Source of the DNA: Nanobdellota archaeon
GTDB lineage: Archaea > Nanobdellota > Nanobdellia > SCGC-AAA011-G17 > JACPNG01
Length of the DNA stretch: 10,527 bases
Direction: 5' to 3'
Assembly: GCA_038046345.1 (NCBI GenBank)
Contig: JBBSWJ010000012.1
Coordinates: 1-10,527 of the forward strand
Under the pieces are notes generated by a model. It saw nothing but the letters and a program-made list of their open reading frames with translations. It had not been told where the DNA came from and ran no database searches. The first letter of the stretch is position 1. Every line of letters begins with the position of its first letter. This document shows, piece after piece, positions 1 to 6,791 of the stretch. The position numbers and the translations under genes were made by a program.

Positions 1-1
1 T

Positions 2-199
2 TACCCTTTATACGTAAAAGATAAAAAAGTATATTTTGATGGTGATGAGCATAAAAAACTTAATGCAGCAAAGGCAGTAAGGAATTACTATGGGACTGTT
101 GTTGATCCTTCACTAGCACAAACATCTGATTCCATACTTGCAAGCTTAGATCAGTCTATAGCAAAAGCAGCAGAAACCGGGCCTAGTCGCGAGTTTTAG
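2..199 (+). CDS. 3' end of a hypothetical protein, truncated by the window edge
   Basis: Frame 2 is open from the window edge (YPLYVKDKKVYFDGDEHKKLNAAKAVRNYYGTVVDPSLAQTSDSILASLDQSIAKAAETGPSREF) to TAG at 197-199. Read by hand; it is not in the ORF track. No family recognised. Confidence 0.7.
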   Translation, partial: YPLYVKDKKVYFDGDEHKKLNAAKAVRNYYGTVVDPSLAQTSDSILASLDQSIAKAAETGPSREF

Positions 200-225
200 A
201 ACAAGTATCATTATTAAACTTGTTC
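199..225. terminator. Candidate hairpin just after the stop codon, between convergent genes
   Basis: Perfect 8-bp inverted repeat GAACAAGT (199-206) / ACTTGTTC (218-225) with an 11-nt AT-rich loop, starting at the last base of the TAG. A terminator role is inferred; there is no clear oligo-T tail. Confidence 0.3.
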
Positions 226-379
226 AGAGGATCCCACCAACTAGCAGCCACGCGTAAGATTTTTATCTAAATTCTTGCAAAAAGTTATCTGTTGCCCAGC
301 TGTTATAGAATTATTACAACATAAGTAAATATACATTGTAATAAACTTGTTAGCCAAGTTCACAAAAATAATCCAAGAA

Positions 380-2950
380 CTAGCTACTGTTCTTACCTTT
401 CTTCTCAAGATCTTCGACTTTTTTATCAATCTTATTATAGCCAACTTCTCTTAACTTCCTCCATTTGCTGCGTACAAATAACCATGATATCCCTGCCAAT
501 ACCACCGCTCCAGCACCAGTAGCTACAGCACCAAATGGAATATTAGCCAGTTTGATTGTATCTAACACACTTCTACCAGTGATAATATTTTCTGGTTCTG
601 TTTCAGTTACCGGTTGTTTCACAACTTCTGTAGGTTTTTCTTCTACGACTTCAACTTTTTCATTTTCTGTTTTAACGTCTTCCTCAGTTTCAGCTACATT
701 ATCACTAAGCTCATTAGTCTCACTGCTAGCTCCGCCTCCGCCATCACTGCTTGTAGATGCGCCGCCGCCGCTACCTCCGCTATCACTACTACTTTCAGTT
801 GGTTCTGGCACAGCAATGCTAAATGTTCTTGTTTCTGACAGCCCAAATTGGTTTGCTAAATCAGTACATTGTACCATCCAGTTATATGTGGTATTATCAC
901 TAAATGTATTTGAAAACCTTTCACTACCACCTGAACTGCTTAAACTAGCAGACTTAGAGAAACTATTATCTATAAACAGACTACAATTCGCTATATTTGT
1001 GTCAATAGGAGTATAATCTAGGTTTACTTGGGTTGATGTTTGAGCTGCCCCATCGCTTGGAGATGATAAACTTACTGTTGGTATTGTCTTATCAACATGT
1101 AATATTCTTTTTTCAGAGGTTATATTTGAATTACCAGATCCATTGCAGCTTATTTGCCATGTTGCTAAACCTTCATCTAAGCTGATTGTAAAATTAGTAA
1201 GTTGATAACTAAGCGTAGATGTATTTGTTTGGTTGTAGAGATCATTAATATAAAGCGAGCAATTAATTACCTCACTGTTATTATCACTTGCATTAAATCT
1301 GAAATTTATGCTTGAGTAATTAAGATAAGTATCATTATCTGGGAATATCAGTTCAACATTTAATGGGTTTGGTATGCTTTGCACAGTAAAAGATTCTTGA
1401 GCTGTGTGATTTTGGTTTTCATTGTCATCAATTGCTATAAACCTATAACTAACAACCTTGCCTGGAGTAAAATTCCCGCCGTAAACAAAGAAAGAATAAT
1501 TGCCTGCTTCTTTAATCATGGTGTAATTAGTCATATTTTCTTCGAAATTACTTTCAAATAGCACATCTGACAAGTGTGTATCGCTGGTTGTTACGCTAAA
1601 TGTAACATTGGTATTGTTTGTTACGTTTTCTACATCTCTAGTCCAATTAGTCATGACTGGTGGTTGCTTATCTAGGAGTATTATTGCATTATTAAGCTCA
1701 ACTCGTGAGAATGTATAGTTAGTAACATTATCCTTAACCTTAACACCACTCTGATTTAATATTGCCCATGCTATTGTATTATTGAGTCTTTCACCATTCT
1801 CTAATAATGTGTATTGGTACATCACTGAAAGCATTCCTGCTACAAATGGTGTTGCCATGCTTGTTCCAGATCTGTCTTCAGTACTCCCGTCATAACTCAG
1901 AGATGTAATAATTGCTCCAGGAGCTAATATATCCAAGTTTGATGCTCTATTACTAAAGCATGTAAGTAAATCTGCATAAGTTTCTGCATCTGTGCACCTA
2001 TTGCTTGATACGCATGGACTTTTCAGGCACCAACTTCTTGACCCTATATCCTTATCATAAGTAGCACCAACACTTATCACATTGTCAGCGCATGCTGGAT
2101 GGCTTATTCCCTCAGTATAGTTTTCATTACCAGAGCTAGCAACTACAGTTATGTTTTTGCTCACTGCAGTTAGTATCTCAGTATCCCAATCACTCGGGCA
2201 TGTTGCATTAGTGTAAGATGCTCCATCTCCGAGGCTCATGCTGATTACAGAGATATTATACTGTTCAGCATATAACGTACACCATTCTATACCAGCTTTT
2301 ACATCTGCATCACTACAAACTCCAGAACTATCACAAACTTTTGCTATAGCTAAACGCGCATCCGGCCCAATACCTATCACACTTCCATTTGCGGCAGCAA
2401 TTCCAGCTACATGTGTTCCATGCCCTTGATCATCATATGGGTCATTATCAGAGTTTACAGTATCAGTTCCATTGATTATTTTTGAACAATTCCCTGCTAG
2501 AAAATCTCCGCGTGCGCACGAACCAAAGCTTTCATGTGTATAATTAATTCCTGTATCAACAATGCAGATTGTCTGTCCGCTGCCGGTTAGATTCATATTT
2601 TTTAATTGTCTTTGATGTACTATACTTGCATTTATTAGTTTTATCCCTTCTGTTATGTCTATATAATAATTCTTTGTTGGTTGTACAAGTTTTATTCTTG
2701 GATCGTTCTCTAATTGTTTAATACCATCTGGTGTTACCTCAGCAGAGAATCCGTTATAAAATTTGTATTCATGTTTTATGTCTATTTCATCATTGGGTAT
2801 GTTCCTTATCACAGAGTCTATTACCTTGGAGTTACTGTCTACATGATCTTCAAACGTGACTATAACATGGGTTATATCTTGCAATCCTGTTGCCGCACTT
2901 ACCTGAGTTATTAAAAGTATTATGAACAATAAGTATTCTCTTTTTCTCAT
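380..2950 (-). CDS. Secreted, C-terminally membrane-anchored subtilisin-like serine protease (S8) with an I9-like prodomain and Ig-like stalk domains
   Basis: 856 aa. N-terminal signal peptide (MRKREYLLFIILLITQVSA) and I9-type propeptide (YKFYNGFSAEVTPDGIKQLENDPRIKLV). Intact catalytic triad: IVDTG (Asp codon 2555-2557), HGTHVAG (His 2420-2422), GTSMATP (Ser 1859-1861), plus oxyanion SSGNE. These are followed by beta-rich repeats, a Ser/Gly linker, an acidic stretch, a hydrophobic helix and a basic tail. Confidence 0.96.
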   Translation of the reverse strand: MRKREYLLFIILLITQVSAATGLQDITHVIVTFEDHVDSNSKVIDSVIRNIPNDEIDIKHEYKFYNGFSAEVTPDGIKQLENDPRIKLVQPTKNYYIDITEGIKLINASIVHQRQLKNMNLTGSGQTICIVDTGINYTHESFGSCARGDFLAGNCSKIINGTDTVNSDNDPYDDQGHGTHVAGIAAANGSVIGIGPDARLAIAKVCDSSGVCSDADVKAGIEWCTLYAEQYNISVISMSLGDGASYTNATCPSDWDTEILTAVSKNITVVASSGNENYTEGISHPACADNVISVGATYDKDIGSRSWCLKSPCVSSNRCTDAETYADLLTCFSNRASNLDILAPGAIITSLSYDGSTEDRSGTSMATPFVAGMLSVMYQYTLLENGERLNNTIAWAILNQSGVKVKDNVTNYTFSRVELNNAIILLDKQPPVMTNWTRDVENVTNNTNVTFSVTTSDTHLSDVLFESNFEENMTNYTMIKEAGNYSFFVYGGNFTPGKVVSYRFIAIDDNENQNHTAQESFTVQSIPNPLNVELIFPDNDTYLNYSSINFRFNASDNNSEVINCSLYINDLYNQTNTSTLSYQLTNFTISLDEGLATWQISCNGSGNSNITSEKRILHVDKTIPTVSLSSPSDGAAQTSTQVNLDYTPIDTNIANCSLFIDNSFSKSASLSSSGGSERFSNTFSDNTTYNWMVQCTDLANQFGLSETRTFSIAVPEPTESSSDSGGSGGGASTSSDGGGGASSETNELSDNVAETEEDVKTENEKVEVVEEKPTEVVKQPVTETEPENIITGRSVLDTIKLANIPFGAVATGAGAVVLAGISWLFVRSKWRKLREVGYNKIDKKVEDLEKKGKNSS
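722..793 (-). repeat. Ser/Gly low-complexity linker within the subtilase
   Basis: Encodes SSSDSGGSGGGASTSSDGGGGASS, a GC-rich patch with GGGAS twice. Confidence 0.8.
812..1363 (-). repeat. Two tandem Ig-like domains of about 90 aa in the subtilase stalk
   Basis: Unit 1 (1091-1363): LNVELIFP...NCSLYIN...WQISC...RILHVD. Unit 2 (812-1081): PTVSLSSP...NCSLFID...WMVQC...RTFSIA. Both share the V-x-L-x-x-P, NCSL(Y/F)I and W-x-(I/V)-x-C pattern, suggesting one disulfide per unit. The Ig-like fold is inferred. Confidence 0.75.
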
Positions 2951-2972
2951 TAGTAACTAAACACGTTTATAG

Positions 2973-2980
2973 TTTTTAAA
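2973..2980 (-). promoter_or_regulatory. TATA box for the subtilase (probably leaderless mRNA)
   Basis: TTTAAAAA on the minus strand at -30 to -23 from the ATG at 2950. Confidence 0.6.
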
Positions 2981-2982
2981 CA

Positions 2983-3552
2983 TTAGCTAACTAATCTTAA
3001 TCCGGTTTTTATAAACCCAACCTTGTCCTGAACTATTTTTTCAATGTTGCTCAATGCTTCCTTTGCTTCTTTTGGGGTCATGCCTATTATTTTTCCAAAT
3101 TGCTGCAGTTCGTATGCTGTCTTCTGATCATATATCGTTTCTGCAAAGCTTGCAAGTATCATTGTTGCTTTATATTTTCTGCATATAACAACATTTTGTT
3201 TCATCCTGCCAAGTATTTGGGCTCTTTCTACGCCTTTTGTTTTAATTAGCTCTTGTATATTAAATCCTATGCTTATACCATTCTTTCTGGCGAGGTTACA
3301 TAGAACCTGATTAAGCCCTGAATTTCTCTGATTCAGCATATCACTCCTTTGAGTTTTTTCAGGACTAACTAGCATGTCAATACTCTTTGTCTCAAGGATT
3401 TCTCGGTTATAATTACAGCCTTCAATAATATTGATATCAAATTTAGTTTTTTGTAAGTCTTTGGGGTGTTTAATCTTCATAATTTTAACTGCTATATTTC
3501 GTTTAAAATCAGGCAATATTTCTAATTTTTCGTTAAGAACTAAATCTATCAT
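2983..3552 (-). CDS. rnp3: Ribonuclease P protein component 3 (Rpp30)
   Basis: 189 aa with Rpp30-typical segments: NSGLNQVLCNLARKNGISIGFN, ILGRMKQNVVICRKYKATMILASFA and IIGMTPKEAKEALS. Confidence 0.9.
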   Translation of the reverse strand: MIDLVLNEKLEILPDFKRNIAVKIMKIKHPKDLQKTKFDINIIEGCNYNREILETKSIDMLVSPEKTQRSDMLNQRNSGLNQVLCNLARKNGISIGFNIQELIKTKGVERAQILGRMKQNVVICRKYKATMILASFAETIYDQKTAYELQQFGKIIGMTPKEAKEALSNIEKIVQDKVGFIKTGLRLVS

Positions 3553-3571
3553 GCTATTAGTTAAACATAAT

Positions 3572-3580
3572 GTTTAAAAT
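3572..3580 (-). promoter_or_regulatory. TATA box for rnp3
   Basis: ATTTTAAAC on the minus strand about -28 to -20 from the ATG at 3552, preceded by an A-rich BRE-like AAAAAAG. Confidence 0.55.
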
Positions 3581-3593
3581 ACTTTTTTATTAT

Positions 3594-4013
3594 CTAACCA
3601 TCTGGATCAAAGATACCATTATCATCATAAATGGTATAAGGACATTGCCCGCCTACATATTGATTAAACCATTCAGTTAATACTTCAGTAGGTACTATTT
3701 CATTTGTACCGGAAAAACGAATGGTATTTGAACCGTCCATATAACTTCCATTTGGGCTCAAAACATTTATAGTATGTATAAACCACTCTAGCTTTGTTAT
3801 TTCTTTATCGCAGTTAAAATCACCATATCTAAACACGGAATTAGATAAAGCAGTAACCCATTGCTCTTCACCGACTAATCTCTGAAGATTATTTTTAACC
3901 AAACCGCCTCCAAAGTGAATAGCAGCCACAGCCAATCCACCAATTGCAACGCTGCATAATCCAGCAATGATCCTAGTACTTTTTTTATGATTAAATATTT
4001 CAGATTCAACCAT
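3594..4013 (-). CDS. Hypothetical protein with an N-terminal transmembrane or signal segment
   Basis: 139 aa. Basic residues (HKKSTR) are followed by hydrophobic IIAGLCSVAIGGLAVAAIHFGGGLV. An SD-like GTGAT lies about 8 nt upstream of the ATG. No family recognised. Confidence 0.75.
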   Translation of the reverse strand: MVESEIFNHKKSTRIIAGLCSVAIGGLAVAAIHFGGGLVKNNLQRLVGEEQWVTALSNSVFRYGDFNCDKEITKLEWFIHTINVLSPNGSYMDGSNTIRFSGTNEIVPTEVLTEWFNQYVGGQCPYTIYDDNGIFDPDG

Positions 4014-4037
4014 TTTTTTTCATCACAAGATTTTAAA

Positions 4038-4072
4038 CCCTAGCAGGTCATCCATAGGACAACCTGCTGGGG
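4038..4072. other. GC-rich stem-loop upstream of the 139-aa gene
   Basis: CCCTAGCAGGT (4038-4048) pairs with ACCTGCTGGGG (4062-4072): 11 bp with one G-U on the + strand or one C-A mismatch on the - strand. It is capped by a 2x2 internal loop and TCC-ATA-GGA. Confidence 0.7.
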
Positions 4073-4107
4073 AAAAAAGAGGTGATAATAATAGTAATAC
4101 TCACCCC

Positions 4108-4115
4108 TATATAAA
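4108..4115 (-). promoter_or_regulatory. TATA box for the 139-aa gene, implying a leader of about 70 nt
   Basis: Consensus TTTATATA on the minus strand. The spacing used by neighbouring genes predicts a transcription start near 4085. Confidence 0.5.
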
Positions 4116-4241
4116 GCTTACTGTTTTAACCACTTAAAAGTAGTCATCAATAGCGCTCAAAACACCCTTTAGGCACCATAAAATTTTCTACAGCCATTTT
4201 GGTTATTACAAGCTAAAATCAATTTATAACACTTACAAAAC

Positions 4242-4249
4242 TTTAAAAG
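4242..4249 (+). promoter_or_regulatory. TATA box for scpA (probably leaderless mRNA)
   Basis: TTTAAAAG at -29 to -22 from the ATG at 4271, preceded by BRE-like ACAAAA. Confidence 0.6.
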
Positions 4250-4270
4250 TAACACAAATATTTAGTTCTT

Positions 4271-4978
4271 ATGAATGACCGGCTCTATGACTTTCTAATG
4301 AAAGAAGATGAAATAACATGGCAAACCATTATTCTTGACTTAATAAAAAGTGAAGAATTAAACCCTTGGGATGTAGACATCGGCGCTCTCACAAAAAAGT
4401 ATATTTACACCATAAAGAAAATGAAAGAAACAAACTTGTTCATATCAGGAAAAGTTATACTTGCTGCAGCTCTTTTATTAAGGATTAAATCAACAAAATT
4501 ATTAGAAGAAGATATTGCAGAATTTGACCAGCTATTATTCCCTCAATCCATTGAAGATTTCGACGAATTTATTGAACCAGAAAAAAACAGGGTAAATGAT
4601 ATACCACGCCTGGCCATAAAATCACCGCAAGCCAGAAAACGTAAGGTAACAGTTAAAGATCTTTTAAACGCATTACAAAAAGCATTAGAATTCAACAGGC
4701 ATCGTGTCAGAAAGCGTTTAATTGAAGCAAGGTACAACGCTCCAGAAATACCAGAGAAAAAAATAGACATAACTAAACTAATTGACTCTTTATATGAAAA
4801 AATAATAGATTTACTCTCAAAACAAGAAACAGTATTATTTGATCACCTCGTTCCATCTGATAAAAGAACAGACAAAATATTAACTTTTGTACCACTGCTA
4901 CACCTAAGCAATCAACAACAGATTTTACTTGAACAAGGAGATCCATTCGGTGCTATAAAAATCCAAAAATATTGTTAG
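4271..4978 (+). CDS. scpA: Segregation and condensation protein A (kleisin subunit of the SMC complex)
   Basis: 235 aa. N-terminal kleisin motifs LIKSEELNPWDVDIGALTKKY and SGKVILAAALLLRIKS, central RKVTVKDLLNAL, C-terminal winged-helix FVPLLHL...LEQGDPFGAIKI. Its stop overlaps the convergent gene by 4 nt (4975-4978). Confidence 0.95.
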   Translation: MNDRLYDFLMKEDEITWQTIILDLIKSEELNPWDVDIGALTKKYIYTIKKMKETNLFISGKVILAAALLLRIKSTKLLEEDIAEFDQLLFPQSIEDFDEFIEPEKNRVNDIPRLAIKSPQARKRKVTVKDLLNALQKALEFNRHRVRKRLIEARYNAPEIPEKKIDITKLIDSLYEKIIDLLSKQETVLFDHLVPSDKRTDKILTFVPLLHLSNQQQILLEQGDPFGAIKIQKYC

Positions 4979-6015
4979 ACCTCCTTCTTTACAGCATGTA
5001 ATAACACTTTATTAACAATATCCTCTTTCAAATGTATTTCAACATAAGTTTTATACTTCACCGTAACAGATCCACCATCACTGCTTACAAAATATTCTTC
5101 TCTCCATGTCCCTGTATTAACAAAATAACCACCCTTCTTCCTTTGTAGTTTTGCCTCATGGCTATGCCCCGCAACAACAACTTTGATTTTATTATCAGTT
5201 GCAAGCACTTCTTTTAATTGATCTTCAAATAGTAATTCATAATTATTTTGTAATAATCGTTTCAAATAATTAAACATTGTTTTAAAGGATAAACGATAAG
5301 TTAAGTCATGGTAATAACGCACTTGATTTATGACCGCTGTTTTTATTAAATATTTAAACGCACCAAAATTTAATTCTTTTACTAGTTTAGAGTATTTCTG
5401 AAGTATAAGATTTCTTGGGTAAATTCTATCAAGCATTGGATATCTTACTTTGTATTGCATATAATACTCAAACAATCCGTATGTCATCCATGGCAGGTTT
5501 AATATCTTTTTACCATTATAATCTATGAATATGCGTCTTGGATTTATATAAAATAATGAATCATACTGCGAACCATGCTCAAAATGTACTGAGCTTTTAT
5601 CATAAGAAAATCCTGGAAATTGCACACTTTTATTTATGTATTCCCTTAACTTTTTTTGGACGTCTTTAAATGCCACATCCATATCGTGATTTCCTAAAAC
5701 AAACACCAAAGTATTTTTTTTAATGGAACTAAATTTTTTATAAGAATCAAATACTTTTTTATGAGCCTGATAAATTCTTTCTAGTTTCCATAAAGACACT
5801 TCTGTAGTGATATACCGAGGATATTTTTCTTTATACGAGGACCTTATAAAATCAAATGAATCCCCATTAACCACCAAAGTAATTGGAATGTTTTTATATT
5901 TTTTACTACAAAAACCTAAAATTGTTTTCGATAATAAATCGTCACTTGCAAAATCATCTGTCTGCGACCCATCTCCAAGTTCAATGTCACTCATCCCAAA
6001 AATTATTTCTTTCAT
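4975..6015 (-). CDS. Calcineurin-like metallophosphoesterase (LpxH-like motif layout), substrate unknown
   Basis: 346 aa with all five motifs in order: SDIELG (DxE in place of DxH), NGDSFD, LGNHD, FEHGSQYD and AGHSHE. Confidence 0.9.
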   Translation of the reverse strand: MKEIIFGMSDIELGDGSQTDDFASDDLLSKTILGFCSKKYKNIPITLVVNGDSFDFIRSSYKEKYPRYITTEVSLWKLERIYQAHKKVFDSYKKFSSIKKNTLVFVLGNHDMDVAFKDVQKKLREYINKSVQFPGFSYDKSSVHFEHGSQYDSLFYINPRRIFIDYNGKKILNLPWMTYGLFEYYMQYKVRYPMLDRIYPRNLILQKYSKLVKELNFGAFKYLIKTAVINQVRYYHDLTYRLSFKTMFNYLKRLLQNNYELLFEDQLKEVLATDNKIKVVVAGHSHEAKLQRKKGGYFVNTGTWREEYFVSSDGGSVTVKYKTYVEIHLKEDIVNKVLLHAVKKEV

Positions 6016-6037
6016 AGATAGTTTGTGTAAGCTAAAT

Positions 6038-6045
6038 CATTTAAA
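6038..6045 (-). promoter_or_regulatory. TATA box for the 346-aa metallophosphoesterase
   Basis: TTTAAATG on the minus strand at -30 to -23 from the ATG at 6015, right after the stop of the upstream gene. Confidence 0.55.
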
Positions 6046-6047
6046 GT

Positions 6048-6743
6048 TTATGCTTGAGCTATCTTGTTATCAGTTCTACCTTGAATTGAACCACCGATCA
6101 TTGTTTTATACTTCTCGCCTATTATGGGAAATACAGTACCTTGCAGTGGATAAACCTCAGTATTACGCGCTACTAAAACAGTCTGATTACCAAAATCACC
6201 CACTAGATCAGACAGAGCAGCCTTACTTGAGCTATAACCTCTTTCGTTTGCTAGATTAAACTCTACAGGTCTATCAACCACCTCTGTAGAGACATCTAAT
6301 GAAAAAGCAAAACCATAATGCTTCACAGTTCCATCAAGCGCGTAAGGCATGACTAATAAACCTTTTGCTGTAAACACCACACAATAAATACTGCCAATTT
6401 CTCTAGGTACCGGCTCTATTTTTATATCTTTTTGGATTATTTTTTCTAAATAACTAAATCTTCTATTCCACCATGATAATGATGGTGCATATTTAACAAT
6501 AAACTTTCTTACTGCTTTCAGATTTGGTTTTACAACTTCAATTTGCCGATTACTTCCAAATAAACGCAACAAATAAACATCCGGCGGTGTCACATCACCA
6601 AGCTCTTCTAAACTATCACTTGAATTAATAATAAGCCTACGCATAGGATAAAGCTCTCTTTCATCAAAAGCCAAAGTACAACTATCAAAACAATTTTCAA
6701 GAAATCCTTCTATTCCATTCAGATTATCTTCAAAATTACTCAT
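6048..6743 (-). CDS. Hypothetical protein
   Basis: 231-aa ORF filling the gap between two same-strand genes, with an ATG start and natural composition. No motif recognised and no clear transmembrane segment. Confidence 0.8.
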   Translation of the reverse strand: MSNFEDNLNGIEGFLENCFDSCTLAFDERELYPMRRLIINSSDSLEELGDVTPPDVYLLRLFGSNRQIEVVKPNLKAVRKFIVKYAPSLSWWNRRFSYLEKIIQKDIKIEPVPREIGSIYCVVFTAKGLLVMPYALDGTVKHYGFAFSLDVSTEVVDRPVEFNLANERGYSSSKAALSDLVGDFGNQTVLVARNTEVYPLQGTVFPIIGEKYKTMIGGSIQGRTDNKIAQA

Positions 6744-6760
6744 AGGACTATTATGATTCA

Positions 6761-6777
6761 GTATAAAAGTATAAAAA
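6761..6777 (-). promoter_or_regulatory. Tandem TATA-like elements upstream of the 231-aa gene
   Basis: GTATAAAA occurs twice in tandem on the + strand (6761-6776), reading TTTTTATA and TTTTATAC on the minus strand at -34 to -18 from the ATG. Spacing fits less well than for the other genes. Confidence 0.35.
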
Positions 6778-6791
6778 CTTAACCTTAACAG

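Noticed and set aside
241-444. 67-aa minus-strand ORF, with a Cys-containing 31-aa sub-ORF from ATG 336
   Set aside because: It overlaps the subtilase 3' end, has no SD or properly spaced TATA, and its Cys spacing does not fit a CxxC zinc ribbon.
500-545. IPFG as a PGF-CTERM archaeosortase signal
   Set aside because: The order is PFG, not PGF, so the match is not supported.
465-1016. 183-aa + strand ORF
   Set aside because: Antisense shadow of the low-complexity subtilase C-terminus.
4079-4086. Perfect SD GAGGTGAT on the + strand
   Set aside because: No start codon or ORF follows it. It is treated instead as part of the minus-strand leader structure.
4975-6015. Calling the 346-aa gene lpxH
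   Set aside because: Only the superfamily motifs are shared, the context is archaeal with no lipid A pathway, and motif I is atypical.
5807-6259. 150-aa + strand ORF
   Set aside because: Antisense to two better-supported genes, straddles their junction and has no motif.
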